From Bacilli bacterium (GTDB lineage: Bacteria; Bacillota_I; Bacilli_A; RF39; UBA660): a stretch of DNA of 64,000 nucleotides. This document shows, one piece after another, positions 48,176-58,345 of this stretch. The stretch lies in NCBI GenBank assembly GCA_031549195.1, contig JAVBQF010000020.1, positions 17,894-81,893 on the forward strand, read 5' to 3'. The translations under genes were made by a program, and so were the position numbers. Position 1 is the stretch's first letter; every line of letters starts with the position of its first letter. The notes beneath the pieces were generated by a model. The model was not told where the DNA came from and made no database searches. It saw only the letters and a list, made by a program, of their open reading frames with translations.

Positions 48176-48787
48176 TCACCATCTTATTTTATATTTTGTT
48201 TTAAACCTTTGCACTTTAGCTGCTTGTATTGAAGTTTCCAATTCACTTAATGTCATACTTTCTAAATCTGACAAGCCTATTTTTTCTCTTAACAATCCAC
48301 TATCTATATCTGTTAAAAACTTCTTTGCTGCTGTTGGATAGTGTCTTTCAAGTAATTCTATATTTTGTAGATAAAGATGACTCTTTCTTACATCTTCTAT
48401 CTCTTCGCTAACTGCCTTCTTCCTATTTCCTAGATCAACGTATTTTGGCACAAGTAGTCTATTAAACATTTCTGCTGCTGTAATTGAACATCCAAATGTT
48501 AATGTTGGATTCTTTATTGCAATAGCTGAAAATAAAGGCACGGTTCCAACTGTAATTAAAGACGCTCCAGTAAGCATTCTTTTAACCGACAGTTTTCTGT
48601 TTTCCCACACTAGTTTCCCATTGCCTCTTGCTTCAGCAATTCTTTTTCCTTTTCTAATCACATCTCCACAAATTTGTTGCGATAAGATTTGTGAATTGCT
48701 TTTTGGCTGTATCGGGGAGGAAGGTGTATCTTCTGCTAAATTTATTATATTTGCTCCCGAACTTTCTAACGGGCATATTAATTCCAT
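48176..48787 (-). CDS. hypothetical protein inserted between ylxM and ffh
   Basis: 203-aa ORF with native-looking codon usage. Its stop lies 4 nt before the ffh ATG. One hydrophobic segment. Confidence 0.45.
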   Translation of the reverse strand: MELICPLESSGANIINLAEDTPSSPIQPKSNSQILSQQICGDVIRKGKRIAEARGNGKLVWENRKLSVKRMLTGASLITVGTVPLFSAIAIKNPTLTFGCSITAAEMFNRLLVPKYVDLGNRKKAVSEEIEDVRKSHLYLQNIELLERHYPTAAKKFLTDIDSGLLREKIGLSDLESMTLSELETSIQAAKVQRFKTKYKIRW

Positions 48788-48852
48788 TTTAATTTTCTCT
48801 CTTTCTTCTGCTGCAAAAAGAATTATATCATATTAAATTTTATAGGACAACA

Positions 48853-49173
48853 TTATAAAATACTATCTATTTTTTCTATTGTTTTATTATCTGTTTTACC
48901 CTGTAATACTTTTAATATCTTTTCTCTTTTTTCTGATAACTTTAGAATGTTTTCTAATTCTTCTAATCTCTCTTCTATTATTTTTAATTGTCCATGTACT
49001 GCATTTCTACTAACGCTTTCATTTTCAGCTATCTCACTCAATGATAAATCATTACAATAATAGTCTTCGAAATACATTTTTTGCTTTTCTGTTAGTAAAT
49101 CTTTGTAAAAATCATACAACGTAGTTAAATATATCTTTTTATCCATGTTACACCATATCCTTAAATAAGCCAT
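48853..49173 (-). CDS. ylxM: YlxM/p13-like (UPF0122) putative DNA-binding protein
   Basis: LTEKQKMYFEDYYCNDLSLSEIAENESVSRNAV is a sigma-70 region-4-like HTH. Sits in the ftsY-ylxM-ffh context. Confidence 0.75.
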   Translation of the reverse strand: MAYLRIWCNMDKKIYLTTLYDFYKDLLTEKQKMYFEDYYCNDLSLSEIAENESVSRNAVHGQLKIIEERLEELENILKLSEKREKILKVLQGKTDNKTIEKIDSIL

Positions 49174-50149
49174 ATATATATTTTTCTATATCAAATACTT
49201 GTAAGTCTTCTTTCTTTTCACCTAATCCAATATATTTTACTGGTATTCCTACACTTTCTTTTATGGCAAGTACAATACCACCTTTGGCAGTGCCATCTAG
49301 TTTAGTAAGAACTATTCCTGTAATATTTGTTATTTCTTTAAATGCCTTTGCTTGACTAATACCATTTTGGCCTGTTGTTGCGTCTATTACAAGAAGTGTT
49401 TCATGTGGCCCTTCAGGGATTATTTTTCCTATAACTTTATTCATCTTCTCTAATTCTTTCATAAGATTAACTTTATTTTGTAATCTTCCAGCAGTATCTA
49501 TTAATACTACATTAGTATTATATGCGATAGCTTTTTCTAAACCATCATAGATGACACTGGCAGGATCTGCTCCCTCTTCCTTACCTACAAAGTCACAATC
49601 AACCCTTTCTGCCCATTCTTCTAGTTGTTTTGTAGCTCCCGCTCTAAATGTATCTCCTGCAATAAGCATTACAGATTTACCTTCACTTTTAAGCTTATCA
49701 GCCATTTTAGCTATTGTAGTTGTTTTTCCTACTCCATTTACACCTACGAATAATATTACTGTTGGCCCCTCACTGGCATAATTAAGCTTATTTACAATAA
49801 CCCCTTCATTAACATAAATAATAAACAGTTCATCGACTATTACTTCCTTTAAGTATTCAGTATCTTCAATATGTTCATTACTAACTCTTTTTCTAAGCCT
49901 AGTAATAAAGTCCATCACAGTATTAACACCTATATCCGCCATTATAAGTATTTCTTCTAATTCATCAAAATAGGCATCATTTATTTTATTATATTTATTA
50001 GTCAAGTTTATTAATTTCGATACAAAACTTTCTCTGGTTTTTGTAAGTCCCTTCTCATAAACTTTAACGTCTTCTACTTCTTTTGTTTTATCTTCTAATT
50101 TTTCTTCTTCTTTATTAAATATTTTTTTGAATTTATCAAAAAATCCCAT
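49148..50149 (-). CDS. ftsY: signal recognition particle receptor FtsY
   Basis: NG domain GVNGVGKTT, DTAGR and TKLDGTAKGG. Confidence 0.9.
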   Translation of the reverse strand: MGFFDKFKKIFNKEEEKLEDKTKEVEDVKVYEKGLTKTRESFVSKLINLTNKYNKINDAYFDELEEILIMADIGVNTVMDFITRLRKRVSNEHIEDTEYLKEVIVDELFIIYVNEGVIVNKLNYASEGPTVILFVGVNGVGKTTTIAKMADKLKSEGKSVMLIAGDTFRAGATKQLEEWAERVDCDFVGKEEGADPASVIYDGLEKAIAYNTNVVLIDTAGRLQNKVNLMKELEKMNKVIGKIIPEGPHETLLVIDATTGQNGISQAKAFKEITNITGIVLTKLDGTAKGGIVLAIKESVGIPVKYIGLGEKKEDLQVFDIEKYIYGLFKDMV

Positions 50150-50215
50150 TTATATCACCTATTTAATTATAACAAAAAAAACTAGTAAATTATACTAGTT
50201 TTGAATAATACTATA

Positions 50216-50743
50216 TCATTTTGCTCTAAGACTACCATCAATTCTAACTTCTTTAGGTGCAATAGCAACAGTTGCATTATTAATTGTAAATTCACTTGGT
50301 ATGAGTCCTTTTTTATATATGGCAAGTAATGGCATTATATTTTTTTCAACCATATCTACATGAGATGCGCTTGTCTGATCATCGCTTTTTCTTGCTTCTT
50401 CAATTAATTGCCCTAATGTTGTTTCTACGCCATCAATTACTGGATATTTTCTCATGTCATCAGCAGTGTGGAACAACGCCTCTGTTAGTCTATCCATATA
50501 TGAAACCCAGTAATATGTATCATTATCACTACTAGACAATATAGTTTCAAATATTCCTTCCATTATTGTAGGAGAAGCATCCTCAAAGCTGCGCATACTT
50601 TCCTTAATTTCACAATAAAGTTGTTGTTCAGTTATTCTATTCCCATACTGACTTAATAATGGACTTTTTAAAACAGCAGCACAATTTGTATATTTTTTTA
50701 ATGCTAACTCGTGTTTTTCTTTTAACTCTTCTATCGATTCCAT
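50216..50743 (-). CDS. hypothetical protein
   Basis: 175-aa ORF followed by a terminator hairpin at ~50170-50200. Confidence 0.4.
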   Translation of the reverse strand: MESIEELKEKHELALKKYTNCAAVLKSPLLSQYGNRITEQQLYCEIKESMRSFEDASPTIMEGIFETILSSSDNDTYYWVSYMDRLTEALFHTADDMRKYPVIDGVETTLGQLIEEARKSDDQTSASHVDMVEKNIMPLLAIYKKGLIPSEFTINNATVAIAPKEVRIDGSLRAK

Positions 50744-50817
50744 ATATCCCCCATTAAGATTTATAATTATTTAATTTTGTAATATACTTTGGCTTCTAAT
50801 CTAGCCACACAATTTCA

Positions 50818-52536
50818 TTAGATATTTTTTTCATAATTAGTCATTACTTTCTTTCTTATCTCTTTATCTACTCTTTCTAATGTATTCATCGTAGTATCTA
50901 AAGCTTTTTGGTAACTTCCCTTAAAAAACAACATTTCGGCTTGATCTAATCCACTGTCAATATTAATATCAATACATCTATAGCGATTACCATATACAAT
51001 TGACAATTCTGCTAGTCTTGCAGTCTTAATCATTTCATTAGTAGTATTATATAATTTAAGCACTAAATCCCTTGCAGTATCTACTCTTGTATTAAGAACT
51101 TTTATAGCAATAGGCTTTTTTTCTAGTTCTTTTATTATCTCTAGTATTGCCTCATTTGCTTCAGATAATTCCACAAAATAATTATTTGAAATAAGTGGTA
51201 ACTTATAACTTCTAATTTTAATTTTGGATTGTTTCAATAATTCTTGTATTTCATCTAATTGTTCTCTTGCTCTTACTTCATCTTCATACATATTCCCAAG
51301 CGATTTAAGCGAGGTATCTAAATCATCCTCAACCTTTATTAAGTCATTTGTAAAAACAACGAGCTGCTCTACTATCGCTGAATAAGAAAGCTTTTTCTTT
51401 TTTAGTTTTTTCTCAGTATTTTTGTATTCAACATTTAATAACTCTAGTCTTTTATTAACATCATCAATAACTGTAACATCGTTATCAGTTAAATCATATG
51501 TACTTTTTATATCATCTAAGCCATTATATATATCTTTAACAACTGTATTTGTTTTTTCTAACTTATTAGCAAAAACATCGTTTTCCTCTTCATATACTTT
51601 TTTTGACTTTCTTTCAAGTTCAAACTCATTAAATATTGAATCTAAATATTCAAGCATAGTCTTAAGTTCAAACATACACTCTTCCAAATTAAGAACTTTA
51701 ATTCTATCTATTATTTTATTAACATTCTTTAATGATTCTTCTATGTTATATTGAATATTCAAATGCTCCAAAGGGAACTCTTTTGACATCATATCTTCAT
51801 ATATCTCAGTAATTTGCTCAATTCTTTTTGGAATCAATTTCTTAGCAAGCAATATTAAATCTGGGACTTCTGATACAACAATTCCCATGTGATCAATCAT
51901 TGTATCTATTGCTTTAACAATATGAAATACTTCATGATAATCATTCATTTCCATATATTCTTCAAAATCTTGAAATCTTTTCTCAATATTTTCAAATTGT
52001 AATTCAATTACTTCCTTTATATCTTCATATATATCTTTATCTTTTTCAAAAACATCTAATAAGTCTCTATATTTAGCTTTTAACTTAATGATAATCCTTC
52101 TATATTTTTCTTCAGATAAATTAATTTCCTTAATCTCTTTTAATAAAGTATCTGCTTTAGTTCTTGCTTTATATAATTCTATCTCAACAGCTGCTATTTT
52201 AGAAATATATTCATTATAATTACTCTTGTCTATAAATATATCTAAATTGACAATCATATCATTTATTTTAGTGATTTCTTCTCTTTTAATATAGTCAAAT
52301 CTATCTAACCAGGATTTATATTTTTCTTCCATTTTATCATTTTTAATAATTGTTTCAACCTTAGCAAGTTCAGATAGAATAGGCATAGTTTCGACTTCGT
52401 TTTTTTCTATATCTAATCTTTCAATCTCTTTTCTAAGTTTATTAAGCCTTCTTTTTCGCATAAAATATAATACAACTATATTTAAAATAATGGCAATAAT
52501 TACATAAGTTATAATAAGCAATGTCACATTTTCCAT
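50818..52536 (-). CDS. ezrA: septation ring formation regulator EzrA
   Basis: N-terminal TM helix and a ~550-aa coiled-coil body. Typical EzrA size. Lies near ftsY/ffh and rpsD. Confidence 0.7.
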   Translation of the reverse strand: MENVTLLIITYVIIAIILNIVVLYFMRKRRLNKLRKEIERLDIEKNEVETMPILSELAKVETIIKNDKMEEKYKSWLDRFDYIKREEITKINDMIVNLDIFIDKSNYNEYISKIAAVEIELYKARTKADTLLKEIKEINLSEEKYRRIIIKLKAKYRDLLDVFEKDKDIYEDIKEVIELQFENIEKRFQDFEEYMEMNDYHEVFHIVKAIDTMIDHMGIVVSEVPDLILLAKKLIPKRIEQITEIYEDMMSKEFPLEHLNIQYNIEESLKNVNKIIDRIKVLNLEECMFELKTMLEYLDSIFNEFELERKSKKVYEEENDVFANKLEKTNTVVKDIYNGLDDIKSTYDLTDNDVTVIDDVNKRLELLNVEYKNTEKKLKKKKLSYSAIVEQLVVFTNDLIKVEDDLDTSLKSLGNMYEDEVRAREQLDEIQELLKQSKIKIRSYKLPLISNNYFVELSEANEAILEIIKELEKKPIAIKVLNTRVDTARDLVLKLYNTTNEMIKTARLAELSIVYGNRYRCIDINIDSGLDQAEMLFFKGSYQKALDTTMNTLERVDKEIRKKVMTNYEKNI

Positions 52537-52799
52537 AAGATCACCCTCTATTTTTAGTTATAATACTATTTTATCATATTTTGTAGAATTTTATAATATT
52601 ATTTTTATTATTGACTAATATGAGTTTTTTATATATAATCATTATTGCATAAAGAAACAGCAGATATTTTATTCTATAACGTGTTTATTAAGTTTATTAG
52701 TAACTTGGCTGTTAGGTGAAAGTATTAAAATAAACTCCCTATAGAAGAGAAAGTGTCATGTCTTTTGTTTATGTATAATAAATAAAGGAGGAATAAAAT

Positions 52800-53396
52800 A
52801 TGTCAAGATACACAGGTTCTAGTTATAAACAAGCTCGTCGTGTAGGTTTTTCAGTTTTAGAAAATGGAAAAGATCTTGCAAGACGTCCATATGGTCCAGG
52901 GCAACATGGTGCGGATAGAAAGAGTAAACTTTCTAACTACGGTGTTCAATTAAAAGAGAAACAAAAAGTTAGATTCATGTACGGATTAAATGAAAGACAA
53001 TTTAAGAAGACTTTCAATGAGTCTGCTAAAATGAGTGGTATTCAAGGTGAAAACTTCTTAAAATTACTTGAATCAAGGCTTGATAACTTAGTATATCGTC
53101 TTGGATTTGCAACTACTAGAAGAGCAGCAAGACAACTTGTAAATCATGGTCATATCTTAGTTGATGGTAATAAAGTTGATATACCTTCATACAGAGTTAA
53201 AGTTGGTTCAACTGTAACTTTAAAGGATAAAGAAATGACAGTGGTTAAAGAAGCATTAGAAAAACTAGTTCATAGAGTTGAATTCGTAACATACGATGAA
53301 GCTAAAATGACTGGTACATTAGTAAGATTACCTGAACGTGGTGAGCTTAATGCTGATATTGATGAATCACTAATTGTTGAATTCTATAACAGATAA
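52800..53396 (+). CDS. rpsD: 30S ribosomal protein S4
   Basis: [23 protein letters not shown]...[10 protein letters not shown] and a C-terminal S4 domain. Confidence 0.95.
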   Translation: MSRYTGSSYKQARRVGFSVLENGKDLARRPYGPGQHGADRKSKLSNYGVQLKEKQKVRFMYGLNERQFKKTFNESAKMSGIQGENFLKLLESRLDNLVYRLGFATTRRAARQLVNHGHILVDGNKVDIPSYRVKVGSTVTLKDKEMTVVKEALEKLVHRVEFVTYDEAKMTGTLVRLPERGELNADIDESLIVEFYNR

Positions 53397-53400
53397 AAAT

Positions 53401-53427
53401 AAACTTGAGTAATCAAGTTTTTTTATT
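53401..53427 (+). terminator. rpsD intrinsic terminator
   Basis: AAACTTGA-GTAA-TCAAGTTT followed by TTTTTAT. Confidence 0.6.
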
Positions 53428-53429
53428 AC

Positions 53430-53735
53430 AAAAACACATATAATCTGTTTAATACTGTGCTAATTAAAAAGGAGACTTGTCCGCACCATACTTATCAAAA
53501 TTAATTCTTTGTTCAGATGGGCATTACGACCATCTTACAGTACAACAGGTAGCAAGAGAGTATATGCCGCTTCCCAATCAACAGCTACTACTTTAGTACA
53601 TCTTAAAAGAACAATACACAGTTTACTAGATAACTTTGGTGATAGAGTTGATCCTTACATTGTTGATTTCTTAGCATCACAAGCATCCCTTAATCCATAT
53701 TCAAAAGCAAAATAAATTATTTATAGTAAAGTTAA
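53430..53735 (+). other. GC-enriched terminator-bounded segment between rpsD and tyrS; possible small RNA or degenerate gene
   Basis: Bounded by terminators at 53401-53427 and ~53740-53768. Its only ORF (53509-53715) has a TTG start, no RBS and an Ala/Ser/Thr-rich composition atypical for this genome. Confidence 0.2.
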
Positions 53736-53765
53736 ATAGTAAAAGGAACATTAAAAGTTCCTTTT

Positions 53766-54992
53766 TTATGCTGTTTTTATCAAATGATATTTCTTCTTAC
53801 CTTTTCTTATTACAATGGTTTCTCCATCAACAGTTAAATCCTTAGTTACAAAAAGTTCTAAATTTTCTATTCTTTCTCCATTCATAGTGATAGCACCATT
53901 ACTAACAAATTCTCTTGCTTCCCTTTTGCTTGACGCTACTCCTGCTTCTACTAATAAATCAACAATGTTTCTTTCTTCCTTTAATTCGTAGAACGGCATT
54001 CCCTTGAATGCTGTTTTTATTTCTTCTTTTGACAACTTATTTATTTCACCACTAAATAGTATTTCACTTATCTTAATAGCTTCAACATATTCTTCTTTGC
54101 CATGTAAGAAGGTTATTACTTCTTCAGCAAGTCGTTTATGTGCCATCCTAAGCTCAGGTCTTTCCGCATGCTCTTTCTCTATACTTATAATCTCTTCTGG
54201 TGTTAAAAAAGTAAGATATTTTAAATATTTAATCACCATTTCATCTTCTGCATTTAAGAAAAATTGATACATTTCATATGAAGAAGTTTGACTTTTATCT
54301 AGCCAAATAGCATTCCCCTCGCTCTTACCAAATTTTGTACCATCTGCTTTAGTTAAAAGAGGCATCGTGAATGCATACGCTTCTTTTCCAATTTTTTTCC
54401 TAATAAGTTCTATACCAGCAGTAATATTTCCCCATTGATCTTGACCTGCAACTTGCATTACACAATTTCTATTTTCGTATAAATATAAGAAATCAAGTGC
54501 CTGCATAATCATATAAGAAAATTCAGTATAAGTAATACCTGTATCTAGTCTTCTTTGAACAGTATCCTTTGCAAGCATATAATTTACATTAAAATATTTA
54601 CCATAGTCTCTTAAAAAATCAATAAAGTTAATATCTTTTGACCAGTCATAATTGTTTACTACCTCAAATCCAAATATTTTTTGTGCCTGTGACTTTAGAG
54701 CATTAAAATTATGGTCAACTAGCTCTTTTGTAATTATTGGTCTTTCTGCATTTGGTTTAGGATCTCCTATTAGCCCTGTTGCACCACCAACTAAAAGAAT
54801 TGGGTTATGACCAGCATCCTTTAATCTTTTTGAAATAAGGAAACTTGAGAAATGTCCTATATGCAAACTATCACCAGTTGGATCAGTTCCAATATAAAAA
54901 GTCATTCCACCATTGTTAAGCTTTTCTTCAAGTTCTGGGCTACTAATATCATTAATAAGTCCTCTCCATTTTAATTCCTCAAATAATTTCAT
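53766..54992 (-). CDS. tyrS: tyrosine--tRNA ligase
   Basis: HIGH motif (GDSLHIGH), KMSKS-like KFGKS and a C-terminal S4 domain. Confidence 0.9.
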   Translation of the reverse strand: MKLFEELKWRGLINDISSPELEEKLNNGGMTFYIGTDPTGDSLHIGHFSSFLISKRLKDAGHNPILLVGGATGLIGDPKPNAERPIITKELVDHNFNALKSQAQKIFGFEVVNNYDWSKDINFIDFLRDYGKYFNVNYMLAKDTVQRRLDTGITYTEFSYMIMQALDFLYLYENRNCVMQVAGQDQWGNITAGIELIRKKIGKEAYAFTMPLLTKADGTKFGKSEGNAIWLDKSQTSSYEMYQFFLNAEDEMVIKYLKYLTFLTPEEIISIEKEHAERPELRMAHKRLAEEVITFLHGKEEYVEAIKISEILFSGEINKLSKEEIKTAFKGMPFYELKEERNIVDLLVEAGVASSKREAREFVSNGAITMNGERIENLELFVTKDLTVDGETIVIRKGKKKYHLIKTA

Positions 54993-54994
54993 AT

Positions 54995-55235
54995 AATCTC
55001 CTCCATAAAAAAATCCTTATATATAATAATATAAGGACGAATAATCGCGGTACCACCTTAATTCATAGATAAACTATGCTCTTTCATACTATAAAGCGTA
55101 ACCTACTAAGCTTCAAATTTGTAATTCATCAATATCTTTAATACTAGTTTCCATCAACCACTAGCTTTCTATCATTATTTAATATTAACTACTAATATTC
55201 TTCATTGCTTGTTAAAAATATTCTATCATATAATA
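54995..55235 (-). promoter_or_regulatory. T-box leader (tRNA-Tyr sensing) upstream of tyrS
   Basis: Minus strand AUUAAGGUGGUACCGCGAUUAUUCGUCC matches the T-box consensus (AGGGUGGNACCGCG), followed by the terminator CGUCCUUAUAU...AUAUAAGGAUUUUUUU. A TTGCAT...TAGAAT promoter lies upstream. Confidence 0.75.
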
Positions 55236-55279
55236 TTCAAAATGCAAATATATTTTGTATCTAATTAAAAAATAGCTTA

Positions 55280-55702
55280 TTAAGCTACTTCTTTAGTGTC
55301 TTTTTTATTTTCTAATCTAATAAGGACTTCTTTAGTCACTTCTATTGCTTTTTCTCTCACGTCTTCTGCTGCTTTTTGTAATATAGGAGTTCCCTTTTCT
55401 TTTGCATAATTAACAAGTTCTTCAAGCTTTTCTTTTACTTGAGTTCCCTTCTCCTTTGCAAATTTAAGAACTTTCTCTTTATCTAAATCTTCAAGTTCTA
55501 ACCTTATTTCTTCAATTTTTAATTCAATATTTTCTTTAACTTCTTTTAAATCTACTTGCTTTGCCTTATTGATTAGATCATCAATTAATCTTTTCAAGTC
55601 TTCTCTTGTTTCGCTTCCTTTCTTAGGTGCAAACAAAACGCCAAGTCCAGCTCCTAATGCAAGTCCAGCTAAGAATTTACCAAATCCTCTTTTTTTACTC
55701 AT
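55280..55702 (-). CDS. YtxH-like (DUF948) membrane-anchored coiled-coil protein
   Basis: GFGKFLAGLALGAGLGVLFAPKKGSETREDLK is the YtxH/DUF948 N-terminus. The track start at 55747 is upstream of the probable ATG at ~55700. Confidence 0.5.
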   Translation of the reverse strand: MSKKRGFGKFLAGLALGAGLGVLFAPKKGSETREDLKRLIDDLINKAKQVDLKEVKENIELKIEEIRLELEDLDKEKVLKFAKEKGTQVKEKLEELVNYAKEKGTPILQKAAEDVREKAIEVTKEVLIRLENKKDTKEVA

Positions 55703-56030
55703 ACTCGTCTTCTTCCTCTCTTTCTTTCTTTCTTCTTCTTTTTCCAAATAGTTTTGCGAAAAAACCTACTACACCTTCAACTACACGATCATTTACACTT
55801 GCAATTGTATCTGTAATCATATCTATTGCACTAAATAGTCCATTTAATGATTTTGATTTTTCCTCTAAGTCATCTAATAATACATTAGTTTTGTCTACAG
55901 TCTTAATTAACTTTATTACTAATATTATTACAACAACAAGCAAAATAGCACAAAGTATATATAATAATACAGGTAATACATCATTTAAAATTTCCATATT
56001 ATCACTCCTTATCTTCATACATTGAATCAA
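55695..56030 (-). CDS. DUF948-like small membrane protein (YtxG-like)
   Basis: N-terminal TM, helical region and a C-terminal basic/acidic tail. Confidence 0.45.
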   Translation of the reverse strand: MIQCMKIRSDNMEILNDVLPVLLYILCAILLVVVIILVIKLIKTVDKTNVLLDDLEEKSKSLNGLFSAIDMITDTIASVNDRVVEGVVGFFAKLFGKRRRKKEREEEDEYE

Positions 56031-56886
56031 TTAAATCAAAAAGATTGTTTTCTATTTCTTCTTCTTCCATTGGTTCAACTTCCTCTAGTCCACTTTTAAC
56101 ACGAGTTCTTCTCCCTGTTGCTATTTCTCTACTATGATCTGCATAATCCACATTATATTCTAACCCTAAATCAGAAAAATATTCTTCAGCATCACCAACT
56201 GTAACTTTTGATACTGCTGGCTTGTCCTCTTCATTTAAATCATATAAAAGATTCATAGTTTCTTCTTCTTCGACTGCAACCGCTACGTTATCAAAAGGTT
56301 CATCAAGTATTGAAGATGTAATCTCTGTTGTTAAATCTCCATATGCTTTTTCCCTAATTGCATCGAAATCAATCTTTTTATTTGATGCTGATGACAATCT
56401 AATTTCTTTTTTAGTAATTATTTCTTCTTTTTTATAATTTTTATCAAGTACTCCATATATTGGCGAAATGATTGGAGAAGGTCTAAATCCAATTGGTGTC
56501 TTTCTTGTTTCCCTGCCCTCATAAAGTCCAACATAGCTTTGTTCTTGAATTGCAGGTTCATCATTAACTTCAACTTCTATATGAGACACTTCTACAACGT
56601 TTGGTTCCCTTTTAGCATTATCAGCTCTAAAATCAGCATCATCAAACTCCATAGGGAATTTGAAATTTGCTTCTTTCTTTTCTTGTTCTTCAATTGAAAT
56701 AGCTGGTTCCTTAAAGGTTTCAACTTCTTTGTTTGGTTTTACTTCTTCTTCTACCTTTTTACTTTCAGGTAGTTCTATTTTTTTAGCCACCGCAACAGGC
56801 TTCTCTTTTTTTGGTTTTACTTCTTCTTCTACCTCAACATATTCTTCTTCAAAGAAAACGTTTTTTAGTTTATTTAATAATCCCAT
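56002..56886 (-). CDS. acidic hypothetical protein with an N-terminal amphipathic helix
   Basis: MGLLNKLKNVFFEEE N-terminus and a highly Glu-rich body. Confidence 0.4.
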   Translation of the reverse strand: MGLLNKLKNVFFEEEYVEVEEEVKPKKEKPVAVAKKIELPESKKVEEEVKPNKEVETFKEPAISIEEQEKKEANFKFPMEFDDADFRADNAKREPNVVEVSHIEVEVNDEPAIQEQSYVGLYEGRETRKTPIGFRPSPIISPIYGVLDKNYKKEEIITKKEIRLSSASNKKIDFDAIREKAYGDLTTEITSSILDEPFDNVAVAVEEEETMNLLYDLNEEDKPAVSKVTVGDAEEYFSDLGLEYNVDYADHSREIATGRRTRVKSGLEEVEPMEEEEIENNLFDLIDSMYEDKE

Positions 56887-56901
56887 AACATCTACGCCTC
56901 T

Positions 56902-57564
56902 CTATTCTTCAGTAGTTTGCACAAAATCTTCATCTTTTGTTTTTGTATCTTCTTTTGGCACATATGTATCAAATTCTTTTACATAATCTAAGAAATTACC
57001 ATCTTCTCTTTTAGATGCAAAAATATCAAACTGTTCCTCTTTATAATCCAAGATATTTTCCCCTATTAGCGTCTCTAAGATTTCATCTTTAAATGATATA
57101 GTTGATAATATGTAACATGAGCTAACAATTGCTTCTTCTATGTTTTTTTCTTCTACATACGCTTCTATCTTAGCATAATTATACATCATCTCTATAAAGT
57201 ATTTATCTTCTACTTTATTTATTTCTATATATCCAAACTTATCATCATATTGCAAGTCTTTTGAATAGTAACTATTTTTATTTTCTTCATATATTTGATA
57301 TGTCTTATGATAATAAGAAATTACATCTACATATAGATAATAGTAATCTTCATTGTAACTTATTTTAGCATTATATTCCTTTTGATCAGTTATCTTTGCT
57401 CCTCTTGGAAGGTAAAATTCATACCCTACAAAACTTACATTGGATAATCCTTTAGATTCTGTTAATGCTTTATCTATAATAGTATCAAAATCCTCTTCAA
57501 ATGCTTCGATTGTACACCCTGTAAGTAGTAAAATCAAAGAGAGTAAAAATACTATTTTCTTCAT
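56902..57564 (-). CDS. lipoprotein
   Basis: Signal peptide with an LLTGC lipobox. Confidence 0.5.
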   Translation of the reverse strand: MKKIVFLLSLILLLTGCTIEAFEEDFDTIIDKALTESKGLSNVSFVGYEFYLPRGAKITDQKEYNAKISYNEDYYYLYVDVISYYHKTYQIYEENKNSYYSKDLQYDDKFGYIEINKVEDKYFIEMMYNYAKIEAYVEEKNIEEAIVSSCYILSTISFKDEILETLIGENILDYKEEQFDIFASKREDGNFLDYVKEFDTYVPKEDTKTKDEDFVQTTEE

Positions 57565-57644
57565 ATTTCACCTACTCTATATCAATTATAACAGATATTT
57601 TAATTGATTAATATTATTTTAACAGATTTTATGTAAAATGGACA

Positions 57645-58271
57645 CTATTTTTTAGCGACTAAATAGTAGATATTTTTTCCAATGATGGAAAACTTCTGTT
57701 CATATTCAGTCATTATATTATATAGTATATCACTGTTATGTAAATCTAATGATACTTTTTCAAGTATGTAGCCATAACTACTTAATGATTCAAGTGAATA
57801 TTCAAACAGTGGCATATTATCTGTTTTTTGGAATATCTCCTTGTTTTTTTCAAAGATATTGTCATACTTATTTAAAAAAACATGACTAGTTAATCTCCTA
57901 TTAGAATGTCTTTTCTTAGGCCATGGATCCGAAAAGTTTAAATATATTCTATCTATTTCTTTAAAAAACACTTCTTCTATTTCAAGTGCATCCATCCTAA
58001 TTAGCTTAAGGTTTGGTATACTATATTTTATTTTTTCTACTGCTCTTGATAGTACACTGCTATATTTTTCTATTCCAATAAAATTAATATTAGGGTACAT
58101 CAACGCATTTTCAATTATAAAGTTACCTTTGCCCATACCAATTTCTATATATATTGGATTTTCATTATTAAATACTGTATGCCATCTTCCTTTGTAATCA
58201 CCTGGATTATCAATTACATAGTCACTACTATTTAATACTTCATCTTTATTTTTGACATTTCTAAGTCGCAT
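57645..58271 (-). CDS. trmB: tRNA (guanine-N7)-methyltransferase
   Basis: IEIGMGKGNF SAM motif and NFSDPWPKKRH, the TrmB signature. Confidence 0.8.
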   Translation of the reverse strand: MRLRNVKNKDEVLNSSDYVIDNPGDYKGRWHTVFNNENPIYIEIGMGKGNFIIENALMYPNINFIGIEKYSSVLSRAVEKIKYSIPNLKLIRMDALEIEEVFFKEIDRIYLNFSDPWPKKRHSNRRLTSHVFLNKYDNIFEKNKEIFQKTDNMPLFEYSLESLSSYGYILEKVSLDLHNSDILYNIMTEYEQKFSIIGKNIYYLVAKK

Positions 58272-58345
58272 TTTATCACCTATATAATTATATCATCAAA
58301 TTAAAAAGTATAATAGATACTTATATTAATGGAAAGTTCTAATTC

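Noticed and set aside
53509-53715. Calling the 68-codon ORF between rpsD and tyrS a protein-coding gene.
   Set aside because: TTG start with no ribosome-binding site, an atypical Ala/Ser/Thr-rich composition, and a terminator-bounded GC-rich context all favour RNA or a gene remnant. It is kept only as a low-confidence 'other' feature.
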